Position numbers and translations under genes: made by a program | IMG/VR virus record: IMGVR_UViG_3300042196_000043 | Location: 1-48,156 of that record | Source: a virus | Lineage: Duplodnaviria; Caudoviricetes | DNA length: 48,156 nucleotides | Reading direction: 5' to 3' (one strand) | Notes under the pieces: model-generated | Databases searched by the model: none | Seen by the model: the letters and a program-made list of their open reading frames with translations, nothing else | Told to the model about the DNA's origin: nothing | Shown: positions 33,292-43,172 of the stretch, in pieces | Position numbering within the stretch: the stretch's first letter is position 1 | Layout of the letters: every line of letters begins with the position of its first letter

Positions 33292-33473
33292 TAGCTCAGC
33301 CCCTTCTTCTCTTTATAGAAGTTGCCGATCAGGTCGCCGCTGGAATCCTCAATGAAGCGGTAGCCCGCCTGAGTCCATGTGTAGATATAGCGCGCGTCCT
33401 CGCCCAAAAACCACAGGTCGCGCTCGTGCGCCTCCAGCCCGAAAATCTCAACCTTCGCCTTCGTCGTCTCCAT
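33291..33473 (-). CDS. Hypothetical protein
   Basis: Operon overlap. Confidence 0.5.
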   Translation of the reverse strand: METTKAKVEIFGLEAHERDLWFLGEDARYIYTWTQAGYRFIEDSSGDLIGNFYKEKKGLS

Positions 33474-33702
33474 TGTCTCTCGGCTCCTCTAATGACTCGT
33501 AGAATTTCTCTATGTCCTGAAAGGTCAGCCCCTCCAGGTCGCCCAATATCTGTGCGTAGGCCTGCTGCGCGTCGGTCAGCTTCTCACCAGAAGCCCACCG
33601 CTCCATCAGGCTCTGGCGGTAGTCTCGCCAGTATTGCCTGACCTTCTGTGTGGCGGCCCGCTGGCGCCACTCGCCGTACTCAGCCTCCGTTAGCCGGTCC
33701 AT
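33448..33702 (-). CDS. Small protein downstream of the portal
   Basis: EY.EW....ATQ motif; synteny. Confidence 0.6.
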   Translation of the reverse strand: MDRLTEAEYGEWRQRAATQKVRQYWRDYRQSLMERWASGEKLTDAQQAYAQILGDLEGLTFQDIEKFYESLEEPRDNGDDEGEG

Positions 33703-35683
33703 TTGCCCTCTGCTGTGCCTGCTGGCCCTGCTGCTCCGCCTTGGCCATGCCTAGCAGAGCGTTTATCTCGGCCTTGTAGATGTCCAACTGCGGCCCAGCC
33801 TCGGCAGCCTCAGCCTGCGCAACGGACTTCAGGGCGTCGGCAATCGCCTTGGCTATCTGCGCCTCGATAAGCCGCACATTTGCTGCGCGCTCGATAATCT
33901 CGCTGTCCACCCTCTTCGACTCGGTCTGCGCCTGGATCATCTCCGGCGTGGGACCGGGCTGCTCCTTGGCCATGACCTCATCCACCCTGTCGATGCTGGC
34001 GGCCTCCAGGATGCGCTGTGTGATCTCCATGCGGTCCATTGCCGGATCTTCCCGGAACTGCATCAGAAACTCAGCCCGGGCCAGCTTCTGCATGTCGCTG
34101 ACCATCGTGGGGTCAGACACGGGCACCACATCAATGTCATCGCCCGCATAGTCCTTCTGCGCGATAGCGCGGGGCTCGTCCAGCACGTTGAAATACGCCT
34201 CGGGTGGCATATAGATCCGGTTCAGCCTGTAGAGCTTCTTCAGTTCCGACTTCAGGGACCGATGGATGCGCTTGTAGATCGCGCTGAACACCTTCTGCCC
34301 CTGCTCGACAAGAGCAAGCGTCGTCGTGGCCGTCTGGTTGGCTCCCTGCTGGTCGCCCAGCATGGTGTCCTTGACGCTTGAGATGTCCTTTCCGGCCTCG
34401 ATCAGCAGGCCCAGCAGATTAAACAGGACCGCAGACGGCTCCTTATCGATATGCGGGACAATGTTGTCCCTCACTGTGGTACCGGACGCATTGACAGGCT
34501 GCCACTTGCCCGGCTTCCTCGTGATCGGCCCAGATCCCATGCGAAGGCCCGAGCCGATGAAGCCGCCACCGGCATTCGCCAGCGTGCCGGCGTCCAATAG
34601 CTGGTTAATGACCGTGTTGACCGACTCGTTCAGCGGATTCAGCAGGGAGGCGAAGCCAACATCGTAGAACGAGCCGTCAGGTGCGGGAATAAAGCCGTAC
34701 TTGGTGCAGTAATCTACAGAAGCGATGCGGTTTACCTGCCCCGACGGCTCGTCTACCTCTACCGAATCCTCATCATAGTTCGCCACGATGCGGACAACCT
34801 TGCAGGTGTCCTTGTGCAGCGTGACAATGTAGGGCTCGGCATAGCCATCATCGTCCAGATCCAGACGCCTGTACTGCTCCAGGAAGCAATGCGGGGCGTC
34901 ATCATCATTAGCCTGTGGCTGCTTCTCAGTGCCCTGGGATGGGCCTAGATCCACATCGCGGAAGATCCCAGACCTGACACGCTCCTGCACCTCGTAAGGG
35001 TACAGCTCGATCTCATGGGTATACCGCGGCACCGTGGCGAAGCTCTTGGCCCAGTAATTCACCACCAGTTTATCAGCCGGCACCATCTCAGAGCGGTTGC
35101 GGCCCATAACACGGTCGAACCATGTCTTGCGAAACACCGTGCCCACGATAGGCAGGACATGCAGGAGACGGTCTGTGTCCTCCTCCCACTCCTCCATTTC
35201 TTCAGTGAGCTGGTAGGACATGTGCTCGCCGATGCGGGCGGCCCTGTCCCGCTTCGAGCCGTCCTTATCCTGGCCGATCACCTTGCCGCGCACCACGGAA
35301 GTACCAGGCACAATGGCCGGATATGCCCTGGCCGCGAACTGGATAGCCGCGGTCGTGACAAGCGGGAACTTAACATTGGCCGCCTTAGGCCACGGGAAGG
35401 TCTTGTCCTCCGCTACCTGCATGGCGAGCTTCATGCCCGCCTCGCTGCGCTTCTTCCAATCCGCGCGGGACTGTACATCAATGTCGTATTCGCGTTTGAC
35501 CCGCTCGCCAATGCGGCCCAGCTCGTCATCCTCAAGCCAGCCCTCGGCTGCAATGTTTGGGCTATCAATCAAACCCTTCAGGACAAGCGCGCGGGCCTGA
35601 TCGTCCGGCATGTCTGGCGCGTCACCGCCCTCCATAGCAGCCGGGAAGTCGCCGCTGTCGATGATCTGCCCAGCCATTGCCAT
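33680..35683 (-). CDS. Portal protein
   Basis: 667 aa; PWP.AANV.FP....AA.QF.ARAY, QL.DAGTLAN..GGF and T.ALVEQG.KVFSAIYKR motifs. Confidence 0.88.
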   Translation of the reverse strand: MAMAGQIIDSGDFPAAMEGGDAPDMPDDQARALVLKGLIDSPNIAAEGWLEDDELGRIGERVKREYDIDVQSRADWKKRSEAGMKLAMQVAEDKTFPWPKAANVKFPLVTTAAIQFAARAYPAIVPGTSVVRGKVIGQDKDGSKRDRAARIGEHMSYQLTEEMEEWEEDTDRLLHVLPIVGTVFRKTWFDRVMGRNRSEMVPADKLVVNYWAKSFATVPRYTHEIELYPYEVQERVRSGIFRDVDLGPSQGTEKQPQANDDDAPHCFLEQYRRLDLDDDGYAEPYIVTLHKDTCKVVRIVANYDEDSVEVDEPSGQVNRIASVDYCTKYGFIPAPDGSFYDVGFASLLNPLNESVNTVINQLLDAGTLANAGGGFIGSGLRMGSGPITRKPGKWQPVNASGTTVRDNIVPHIDKEPSAVLFNLLGLLIEAGKDISSVKDTMLGDQQGANQTATTTLALVEQGQKVFSAIYKRIHRSLKSELKKLYRLNRIYMPPEAYFNVLDEPRAIAQKDYAGDDIDVVPVSDPTMVSDMQKLARAEFLMQFREDPAMDRMEITQRILEAASIDRVDEVMAKEQPGPTPEMIQAQTESKRVDSEIIERAANVRLIEAQIAKAIADALKSVAQAEAAEAGPQLDIYKAEINALLGMAKAEQQGQQAQQRANGPANGG

Positions 35684-35862
35684 CAGGTGTACTCAGCCAG
35701 CCCGCGCAGGAACATGTCGATCATACTACCGAGCGCCTTGTCACGCGCCTCGCGGTGCTGCTTAGCATCCTTCACCATGTGGCCCGGGATATAGATTTCC
35801 AGAGCGCCCGTCTCCTTGTTCCACTTGAACGTGGCGCCCATCTGCGGATGGTCATGGTCCAT
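35683..35862 (-). CDS. Hypothetical protein (MDHDHPQMG...)
   Basis: 59-aa ORF coupled to both neighbours. Confidence 0.5.
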   Translation of the reverse strand: MDHDHPQMGATFKWNKETGALEIYIPGHMVKDAKQHREARDKALGSMIDMFLRGLAEYT

Positions 35863-36110
35863 TATAGCTTAAGCTCCAGGCCGAGCGCCTCGATATCCTT
35901 GGAAATTGCAGTGATTTGATCGCTCACCACGCATCCACCAGCCAGAATCAGCGCGCGCGCCATTATTGCAGCGTCCTCATCAGCCAACTGGTTGTCGGTA
36001 AAGTCTTTGGCTCTCGCCATGCCGGGGGTCTGCGTCAAATCCAACAGATCCAACAAGGCCTTCCGGCGCGCCATCAGATGCTGAAGCTTCTTGAATGTAT
36101 CTTCCTGCAT
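35862..36110 (-). CDS. Hypothetical protein
   Basis: GAGGAAGG RBS before MQEDTF. Confidence 0.55.
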   Translation of the reverse strand: MQEDTFKKLQHLMARRKALLDLLDLTQTPGMARAKDFTDNQLADEDAAIMARALILAGGCVVSDQITAISKDIEALGLELKL

Positions 36111-36121
36111 GCGCCTTCCTC

Positions 36122-37645
36122 TCAGTAACCCGTTGCCTCGCTGCGGCCGGTCTCGGTCTGGTAATCGTCGCCGTCGCCTGCCCATTCCTCGCCAAACGGG
36201 AAGGCAAAGGTGAGTGCAAGGGCGTCGCCGTCATCCGGGGAACGCAGGCCGCGCTTGCGCATGTCTTCCTTGCGCTCCAACTTCAGCCGCGTGTTGCTGT
36301 CATAGCTATAGAGCGGGCCAGTCAGATCGCCGTGCAGCACATCATCATCCGGGATCTGTGCCGGCTGGTCCTTGAGCCACTCTCGCATCTCGCCCCACAT
36401 CTCCGCGCGCTTGTTGAAGTATTTCTGGCTGTCCAAGGGCTTCTCGCCGCCGTTCACGGGGATTACCATGTTTCGGTAGCCCAGCTCCCTTAGGCGGTCC
36501 ACCACGCCAGCACCAAGGCCGCCCACGTCCACAAACATCTTCTCCAGCCGCTCGCGCTGCATGGCCTGCACGCACAGCCCGGCTACTTCCATGGTGTCTT
36601 TCTTCTCCCATGAGCCGTACTTGCGCGCCTGGCGGCCCTGGCGGACGAAGATTGACGTGCTGTCATCGCCGAACCGTGCCGGATCGCAGCCGCCAACACG
36701 CGGGCCGTATGGATCTGCAGTAACCTTGCGGGCTCGCATGACCAGCATGGGCGGAATAAACGAATCCTCGCCGCTGGTCTGGAATGCCTCGGCTGGCGTC
36801 GCCGGGTATTCCTGCTTGAACAGCCACTCGTCCTTAAGCTCGATAATCTTGGCCCGGCGCCAAGCCATCTGCTCCTGGTCTAGGCCGTAGGTCTCCCGAT
36901 ATTCCTCTTCCTCGATATCGAGGCTGAAGGCATCAGACACAGGCCGGCGATACTCGTCCTGCCAATACCAGGGAATGAATATCGCCTGATATTCAGACTT
37001 CCCGGTCTCAGCCATCTGCCATTGGGCATGGTAGAAATTACCGATGCCGTTGGCCGTACTCTCCAGGATGGATTCCGTGCCAGGTTCATCCGGCACCGCC
37101 TGCAGGATGCCCGCCGCGTGCGTGTCCGCATAGGGCCAGAACGCCACCTCAGACCCGTGGAAGAGCTGAATGGTCTGTGAGCGCCCCACGGCCTTCTTGC
37201 CGGCAGTGCCAACCTTGTAACCGCTGTCCAAGCGGTCGAAGGCCAATTCCTTCGCGTTCGCCGTGCCTGCCGAGGGCCGCACCAACTCCGGGCAGTGCTC
37301 ATGGAACCGTTCAACCATGTTGAACAGGTTGTCGGTCGCCTCCTGCTCGTGTGTCAGGATGAACACCCGCTGCCCATGCGCGTGCGTCACGCGGTGGTAG
37401 AAACGCCCGCCAATGTAGGTAGAGCAGCCCTGCTGCCGCCCCTTCAGCACGATGGCGCGGACTAGGCCAGCTTCCCGCCGCTGCGCCTCTAGCCGCTCAT
37501 GCAAGTACATCTGCGCCCGGTTTAGGGCCAGCGGCAGAACGGCGCCAGACTTGGTGCGGATCTTCAGGCACTTGGCCGCGTAGTGCTCGAAATCGTCCTT
37601 GAGGCGCTGGCGGATTTCCCGCTCGCGCTCACTCATGGCGCTCAT
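36122..37645 (-). CDS. terL: Terminase large subunit
   Basis: LKGRQQG.ST (Walker A region), HGSEVAFW (Walker B), ESTANG, G.DPARFGDD and SPD.GDAL motifs. Confidence 0.93.
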   Translation of the reverse strand: MSAMSEREREIRQRLKDDFEHYAAKCLKIRTKSGAVLPLALNRAQMYLHERLEAQRREAGLVRAIVLKGRQQGCSTYIGGRFYHRVTHAHGQRVFILTHEQEATDNLFNMVERFHEHCPELVRPSAGTANAKELAFDRLDSGYKVGTAGKKAVGRSQTIQLFHGSEVAFWPYADTHAAGILQAVPDEPGTESILESTANGIGNFYHAQWQMAETGKSEYQAIFIPWYWQDEYRRPVSDAFSLDIEEEEYRETYGLDQEQMAWRRAKIIELKDEWLFKQEYPATPAEAFQTSGEDSFIPPMLVMRARKVTADPYGPRVGGCDPARFGDDSTSIFVRQGRQARKYGSWEKKDTMEVAGLCVQAMQRERLEKMFVDVGGLGAGVVDRLRELGYRNMVIPVNGGEKPLDSQKYFNKRAEMWGEMREWLKDQPAQIPDDDVLHGDLTGPLYSYDSNTRLKLERKEDMRKRGLRSPDDGDALALTFAFPFGEEWAGDGDDYQTETGRSEATGY

Positions 37646-37911
37646 TCAAGCTCGCCCAGCCGGTCCTCGTGGCTGATTGTTAGGTTGCCGGTCAATTCGG
37701 TTGAAGCCAATTTAGGATGGATGTAGGGGGCCGCCCTCTCCGCAGCCCACATGCGTTGGGCCTCTTCAGCCTTCTCGTCCCGCAGCATGGCCAGCATGTA
37801 CTCCAGCGGAGTAAGCCCCCCACTGGCCGCCTTGTCTGCAATCTCTCTGGTCTTGCGCGTGGACGCACCCTTGGGCCGGCCCGCGCCCTCACGCTTACCG
37901 CCTCGGGCCAC
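37642..37911 (-). CDS. terS: Terminase small subunit
   Basis: RGGKREGAGRPKG...TPLEYML...AAPYIHPKL; directly upstream of terL. Confidence 0.8.
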   Translation of the reverse strand: MARGGKREGAGRPKGASTRKTREIADKAASGGLTPLEYMLAMLRDEKAEEAQRMWAAERAAPYIHPKLASTELTGNLTISHEDRLGELE

Positions 37912-37929
37912 AGCTTGATTTCCTATGAT

Positions 37930-38283
37930 TTATTTCAGTCTAAACCCCATAGGAAGCCTGTCCGCCACCCGGCACAGCTCATTGCCGTGCTGATCCAGCA
38001 GGCCAGTCCATTGCGGGCCATTATCGGACTCATGGACCGTGATTTGGTCGGGGCCGCCCCGATCCAACCAGTCGTCGTAATCGGCCTTAGGCCGCTGCGT
38101 CAGGGCCACACCATGGGCCATGCGCCAAGCCTTGCTGTTGCGCGGATCGGAGAGGACTTTCCTGACCGCTCGCTCCAGTCTTGTATCGCCAGGCCTGCGG
38201 GTGATGTAAGCCACTCGACCTCCAGACACGCAAACGCCCGCAACGGCTGGGCCGGGCGGGCTGATAAGTAGTTTGCTTGGCAC
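37930..38283 (-). CDS. Hypothetical protein
   Basis: First ORF after the candidate late promoter. Confidence 0.45.
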   Translation of the reverse strand: MPSKLLISPPGPAVAGVCVSGGRVAYITRRPGDTRLERAVRKVLSDPRNSKAWRMAHGVALTQRPKADYDDWLDRGGPDQITVHESDNGPQWTGLLDQHGNELCRVADRLPMGFRLK

Positions 38284-38368
38284 GCCTCATCCCAGGTGGG
38301 CTTAACGGACCTTCCCCGAGGGCTTCAAGCTGGGTGCTGGTTAATACAAGAATTCCAGCACAGCAGGA

Positions 38369-38397
38369 ATACTGCCACCATATTTCTGGGAAGTCAA
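38369..38397 (-). promoter_or_regulatory. Late promoter (pR'-like) followed by hairpins
   Basis: TTGACT-N17-CAGTAT at the end of the Q-like gene; GTGCTGG/CCAGCAC hairpin downstream. Confidence 0.55.
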
Positions 38398-38864
38398 GCC
38401 CAACCTCGCACCTCAATCCACCTGTCCAGGCAGCGTCCGATATTAGCCCTGGGCCAGCCGGAAGCCCGCCCATAAGCCTTGGCTGCCTCGGTGATGCTCA
38501 TGCGCTCGAATAGCACCGCTATGCATGCTGACCGCTCTACGGGCCTCAGGCGCATACGCCACTGGTGATAGGCCTTGGTGAGCTGCACGGATATGTCCAC
38601 CGCGCTGTCCTGCCCCCTGTCCAGGCGCTCGTACTGCTGCGCCCTGGCTGTTAGGCCGGCCGTGATGTAGGACCAGACCCGGCCCAACTCCTGTGCCGCT
38701 CGCTGCTCGTCAGGGTTAAGCCCAGACCATAGCCGCTCATCTGCGGCCCGGCGGCGATAGGCTATCCTGGTCCTGCCCCCGCCCTGGTGGGATACGACGT
38801 TTTCCACCAACACTGTTGGCGAGTGCAGTTCAGCCCAGTCTTCAGGCTCGCGGCCCATGTCCAC
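38394..38864 (-). CDS. Late-gene regulator (antiterminator Q position, C-terminal HTH)
   Basis: SITEAAKAYGR HTH-like C-terminus; last gene before the late operon. Confidence 0.6.
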   Translation of the reverse strand: MDMGREPEDWAELHSPTVLVENVVSHQGGGRTRIAYRRRAADERLWSGLNPDEQRAAQELGRVWSYITAGLTARAQQYERLDRGQDSAVDISVQLTKAYHQWRMRLRPVERSACIAVLFERMSITEAAKAYGRASGWPRANIGRCLDRWIEVRGWA

Positions 38865-39383
38865 TTACTGCTCCTTGGGGAGGGGGCCGCCGAGACGCCA
38901 AGTGCCTAAGCTGCTTTCCAGGCCGTCCAGCGTTAGGTTGTCCCAGAATGTGTGAAGGTGTTCCCCGTCGAAATAGACCGGCTCGGGATCGCCGTCAGGG
39001 CTAGTCGGCGCCCAACCCCAGTACCACCCCTCTTCCGGCCTCACGCCATCTGGCTGGAGGGAGGCTTGATAAGCACGTATGACAGGCAGCAACGGGCGCA
39101 TCGCTATGTCGGCAGCGGCGAAGAAGTCAGCCTCGCTAAACACCTCCACCGCCTCCAGTACGGCCCTTGCCTGTGGGGAGAGGGGTTCAGGGGTGGCGTC
39201 GTGACACGGCTGCGATGGACCGTTGTTAATTGAGGTCCAACCCATAGGATGGCTGCGCCCGGCTCGGCAATTGGGACATGCTGCATCCGTCGAAAAGGCC
39301 CCGTAATAGCCGTGGACATTGCAATAGTACGCGCCGCGGTAGCTCATCGCGTCTCTGGCTCCTTTGTTGGGTGGGCGAGGCAC
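38865..39383 (-). CDS. Hypothetical protein (start uncertain)
   Basis: CNVH..CPNC; EGWYW motif. Confidence 0.5.
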   Translation of the reverse strand: MPRPPNKGARDAMSYRGAYYCNVHGYYGAFSTDAACPNCRAGRSHPMGWTSINNGPSQPCHDATPEPLSPQARAVLEAVEVFSEADFFAAADIAMRPLLPVIRAYQASLQPDGVRPEEGWYWGWAPTSPDGDPEPVYFDGEHLHTFWDNLTLDGLESSLGTWRLGGPLPKEQ

Positions 39384-39604
39384 TTGAGCCCAACGACCTT
39401 GAACGGTGAGCGGCCTGCCTTGGCCTCGGGATCGGGCACCATCACGGCGTAGGTTTCGTGCGCTCCCCTGTAGAGGTTCAAGTCCTGAGCGCCGGCTGCG
39501 AACTCCATAACCGTGTCCACGTTCAGCAGCATCGCGCCTGGCGGTAGGTGGGCAAACATCCGCTCGCGCTCTCGCCTGTCGGAAAGATTCACGACCTCAG
39601 CCAT
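39344..39604 (-). CDS. Hypothetical protein
   Basis: GGAGG RBS before MAEVVNLSDRR. Confidence 0.55.
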   Translation of the reverse strand: MAEVVNLSDRRERERMFAHLPPGAMLLNVDTVMEFAAGAQDLNLYRGAHETYAVMVPDPEAKAGRSPFKVVGLKCLAHPTKEPETR

Positions 39605-39606
39605 AG

Positions 39607-39954
39607 CTAGCCCTCCTTCTGGGTGGGGCGGGCAAGCGGGGCAAGGTAACCGTCGCGACTGCGCACCGTTGCCTGATAGGCCTCCTCGTCGTCCGCGATG
39701 CCACAGTTCCAGCCCCGCTTCAGCCCGGCCAGATAGGCGCTGTCGCATAACGCATCGCACGGGCCATCCCCCGCCTGTGCCGGGAGAGCGCGGATGGCGC
39801 ACAACAGGCGGGCACACAGGTTCATTTCCGCACCGTAGGGCTCCGCGCTGAACGGGTCCGCGCCGTTTAGCCTCTTGGTGTATTCGGCCGTAGCTTGCCT
39901 GTGCTCGGCATCAAGAGCCGCCTCTACCTCTGCCCTTGAGATGAGATCAGTCAT
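39607..39954 (-). CDS. Hypothetical protein (DLISR...IRALPA type)
   Basis: Common phage small-ORF motif. Confidence 0.55.
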   Translation of the reverse strand: MTDLISRAEVEAALDAEHRQATAEYTKRLNGADPFSAEPYGAEMNLCARLLCAIRALPAQAGDGPCDALCDSAYLAGLKRGWNCGIADDEEAYQATVRSRDGYLAPLARPTQKEG

Positions 39955-40319
39955 GGAGAACTCCAGTCCGGTACACTGCTGCACGCCGCACAGCCATCCT
40001 CTGTCGGATAGTCCACGTTGTGCAGGGTGCAGTGGGAATGGCCGGCAGGCGTGGGATCGTCCCAACGGGCCTTGCGGGCGGAGAGGGCGGCGTCTGCAAG
40101 CTGGCGAGCAGCCGATACAACGCTATCGAAGTGAACTTCACCAGGCGCGGCGAGAAGCCCGTTAAACGCCCAGCCGTAAGCCTCCCACCACGCGTCCTTG
40201 TACTCTTCCAGCAGTGCGGCTGCATAGGCTTCCGGGCTGGCTTGAGGTGGAGACAGCATCTCCTCTATCCTGTCCAACCGCTCGCAAACGCCGCTCCCTT
40301 GAGAGGCTTTACCGTGCAT
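39951..40319 (-). CDS. Hypothetical protein
   Basis: GGAGG RBS before MHGKAS. Confidence 0.5.
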   Translation of the reverse strand: MHGKASQGSGVCERLDRIEEMLSPPQASPEAYAAALLEEYKDAWWEAYGWAFNGLLAAPGEVHFDSVVSAARQLADAALSARKARWDDPTPAGHSHCTLHNVDYPTEDGCAACSSVPDWSSP

Positions 40320-40511
40320 TATTTTGGTCCTCCAGTGTGGTGGCCGTCGCGGAAGAAATGGCCCGCCGCAGATCAGCCGGCATTTGCTCGTCAAATATCG
40401 GCTCGTAGATGACGCCGGGCGGATCGCCGAGCAGGTTGTGGACGTACCACACCTGCATAAGACGATCAGGGCCGGGGATGATCGGGCCGCGCGTACGATA
40501 GATGCCCCCAT

Positions 40512-40799
40512 CTACTTGTCCTCCAGTGTGGTGCCCAGGGCAGTGCGGGCGATGGGCTTGATGATATGGGCGAGCCAGTTCGATCGCGCGTCTGTCGCGT
40601 GGCAGCGCAGCGCGATCTTCTCCAGCGCCGCCCGCAGCGCAGCCACCTCACCGTCATGGCTGGCGGGCGGGAGGGCGGCGATAGCGTTGGCAATATTGCC
40701 AAGCACGGCGTTGGCTGGGGTGCCGGCGTCCATCATGAGGCGGCGTACTTTCTCCACCACCGCCAGCACCTCATCGGCGCGTAGGAGTTTGTCTGTCAT
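40512..40799 (-). CDS. Hypothetical protein
   Basis: ATGA overlap. Confidence 0.55.
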   Translation of the reverse strand: MTDKLLRADEVLAVVEKVRRLMMDAGTPANAVLGNIANAIAALPPASHDGEVAALRAALEKIALRCHATDARSNWLAHIIKPIARTALGTTLEDK

Positions 40800-41269
40800 A
40801 GGATATTCCTTGGGCCGTGCGCCGGCCGCGCCTTCATTGCCGCTTTCTTCTCAAGCCACTCCCGGCGCTGTTCTAACTCGGCAATGAGCGCGTCGAACTC
40901 TTCGCGGTGCGTCTCGATCAGTGCTGCGATTGCAAGCAGTTCATCCCTAAGGCGCTGGCCGCGTTCGTTTCTTGCCACCGCCTCCCCTCTCGCATAATAC
41001 GGCCCGGACCGTTCCCACTCCACTTCCCGCCCAATAGCCAGCCTTGGATCATCATCCCAAGTTCCCCAGCGTTGGACTGTGCCGGAACAAGTCATGCAGG
41101 TCAGCATCGCAGCGCGCTGTTTGCCCAGGTTCTTCTGTCGGTCGAAAAATTGATGTCGCGTGATCGTCTTGCCCTTGGATGCGTCCTGGCCGCACTCGGT
41201 AATGGCTGGCGCGTCAGCATCCCGCCACGGCAGGCGCGGCCTCAAAATATGGTCAACCGGCTCTTTCAT
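40796..41269 (-). CDS. Hypothetical zinc-binding protein
   Basis: H.....TECG...CMTC motif. Confidence 0.65.
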   Translation of the reverse strand: MKEPVDHILRPRLPWRDADAPAITECGQDASKGKTITRHQFFDRQKNLGKQRAAMLTCMTCSGTVQRWGTWDDDPRLAIGREVEWERSGPYYARGEAVARNERGQRLRDELLAIAALIETHREEFDALIAELEQRREWLEKKAAMKARPAHGPRNIL

Positions 41270-41278
41270 CCTCTGCTC

Positions 41279-41869
41279 CTATGCTGTTCTGGCTGGATCA
41301 CAAGCGAAGTCTATTCGTGTTTCCCAAGCCCTCTGGACCGCGCCAGTTCCGGGAAACAGATCGTCTATCCGGTCGCCGGGCAGCCACCCAAGAAGGTCCA
41401 GCAGCCAAAGGCTGAACGCCGCCGGCTTGCGCCCGACAAATGTGCTTCCGTCCCTGATGGCAGCCTTATCCATCGCGTATCTGGGCTGCCCCGCCGGCAA
41501 CGGCTCCTGCCGAGTCACGATGTAATCAGCGGTCCTGTTCCCAGTGTCGCTATACGGCCTGCCACCGCAGAAAATGACCGGCTCAAAATGCCGACGCACC
41601 GGAACTGCCTTTCCTGCATAGCGCGGCCTGTCAGTGCACCACGCAGCCACCCGCGCCTCTTCCGGGCACATGGGAAGCAACGTCCGCAAGCTGCGCTCGC
41701 TCAGGCTCAGTGCCCATCCGTCTGGGTACTCGTCATGCAAGCGCCGCATCAGCGCGCGGTGCGTCTCTGGGTCATTCCAGGCCATGGCATCAGGATGGTG
41801 CGCCCGGTAATATTCACCGCGCCCGAGGTACGGCGGGTCTGCAAAAGCGAATCGCATGGCCGCCCTCAT
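41279..41869 (-). CDS. DNA amino-methyltransferase (N6A/N4C, beta-type motif order)
   Basis: N-terminal DPPY and C-terminal KP...DLFPGTG motifs. Confidence 0.82.
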   Translation of the reverse strand: MRAAMRFAFADPPYLGRGEYYRAHHPDAMAWNDPETHRALMRRLHDEYPDGWALSLSERSLRTLLPMCPEEARVAAWCTDRPRYAGKAVPVRRHFEPVIFCGGRPYSDTGNRTADYIVTRQEPLPAGQPRYAMDKAAIRDGSTFVGRKPAAFSLWLLDLLGWLPGDRIDDLFPGTGAVQRAWETRIDFACDPARTA

Positions 41870-42072
41870 GCTGTGCGGGCTGTGGGGAGACGGCGCTTGG
41901 CGCAGCACTCGTGCGGGCTAGCGCATTCCTGCCGCCGCTCGCAATGGGTGGACGGGCATCGCCGCCAGCGGTCTGGCTGCTGCCGTTTCTCCCACTGGTC
42001 GGCCCTGAAAGCCGCGTCCGCATGGTCATGGCCGCGCTTGACATAGCGGTTGTATATGGCGCCCCAGGTCAT
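41866..42072 (-). CDS. Cys-rich hypothetical protein
   Basis: GGAGAG RBS; operon overlap. Confidence 0.55.
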   Translation of the reverse strand: MTWGAIYNRYVKRGHDHADAAFRADQWEKRQQPDRWRRCPSTHCERRQECASPHECCAKRRLPTARTA

Positions 42073-42124
42073 GCTGCCCTCTCCCTCTCCAGGCGGCGCA
42101 GGGCTTCTGCCTTGCAGTCGGCCG

Positions 42125-42577
42125 TCATGCTGTGGCCCTAGCGCGGGACAGTATCTCCGCTGCTCGCCGGTTGATCTCTTCCAAGCTGGTCTGCCAGGGG
42201 TCGATGCCCTGCGCCCGCATGATCTCCATTGCCTCTAGGCGCGCCTTCTTGTGCGCTACCTGCTCTGGCGTCTCTTGTGGCCTGTCGTCTGCACGACTGC
42301 GCAGGTACTGCGGCATGGGGCGCGGTTCTGTGCTGACCGTCTCTGTCTTGCTCTGCACGTCAGCGGGCTGATCTTCCCAGCGGCCCTGGTGCAGCCATGT
42401 CATCGGGTTGCACCATGCTTTCCAAGCGGGCTTGGTTTCCTTGTAGAGAGCAAGCCCGTGCATGATTGCCTCGTGCGAAACATCGCGCCGGACAACCCAA
42501 TATTTCTTCTCTGCGGCCTTCTTGCCTACCTTGTGGGGGTAGGCGGACCAGAAGGCATCGAACATGGAGTCGGTCAC
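42125..42577 (-). CDS. Replication-initiator C-terminal-domain-like protein
   Basis: FDAFW.AYP.KVGK..A and P.TWL.QGRWED motifs seen in phage replication proteins; no N-terminal HTH. Confidence 0.65.
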   Translation of the reverse strand: MTDSMFDAFWSAYPHKVGKKAAEKKYWVVRRDVSHEAIMHGLALYKETKPAWKAWCNPMTWLHQGRWEDQPADVQSKTETVSTEPRPMPQYLRSRADDRPQETPEQVAHKKARLEAMEIMRAQGIDPWQTSLEEINRRAAEILSRARATA

Positions 42578-42753
42578 AGCTCGTCAAACTCCACAATCTG
42601 CCATGGCACCACCATCAGATACGGAAGGCCTAGCGCGCACTCGATAGCCTCGTCACGATTGGCGAAGATCGCCGCGCCGCCGCACTCGTCCTCGCTGTCC
42701 AAGATAAATTCGACCTTGCCGCCGTTGTGCCTGTAGGCGATTGCACACTCCAT
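42574..42753 (-). CDS. Small protein translationally coupled to the replication gene
   Basis: GAGGAGG RBS before MECAIAY; GTGA overlap with the next gene. Confidence 0.55.
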   Translation of the reverse strand: MECAIAYRHNGGKVEFILDSEDECGGAAIFANRDEAIECALGLPYLMVVPWQIVEFDEL

Positions 42754-43115
42754 CTCGTCCTCCTCGTGCCCTGGACAAACTTCACTCCTTTCCCTCCTTG
42801 GTATGGCCTGACAGCCGGTCCCAAGTGCCCCAGCCAAGGGCGGCATTACTGCCAGGTACTAGTTACCCTCGGGCTCTCGCCCTCGTGTCCCTCTAGGAAG
42901 CGTTAAGGCCCTTCCTAACCGGCTAAAATTGGGCGCTGGCTTCTGCACCCACCGGCCTCGTGTGCCTACACCGCTTGCGCGGCGCCAAGTCGCGGGGCGG
43001 AATGAGTCACCGTTGCCCGCTCTGTGTTTTTTCGGCCCTTTGCTGGAAGGGAGAGCCGAGAACCTTGGGCGGCAGATTGTGCTTGACACGGGGAGAACGT
43101 TTCGCTAACGTAACG

Positions 43116-43172
43116 GTCCTCACTCGTGTTGGAAGGGCTCCGGACTGCCGCCGCAGACGGGGCCCTTTCCAT
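43116..43172 (+). ncRNA. Candidate antisense RNA (about 57 nt)
   Basis: TTGACA-N17-TAACGT promoter (43083-43111); 3' hairpin GGAAGGGCTCCG/CGGGGCCCTTTCC. Confidence 0.6.

Noticed and set aside
41279-41869. Restriction-modification system
   Set aside because: Orphan methyltransferase with no adjacent restriction enzyme; common in phages
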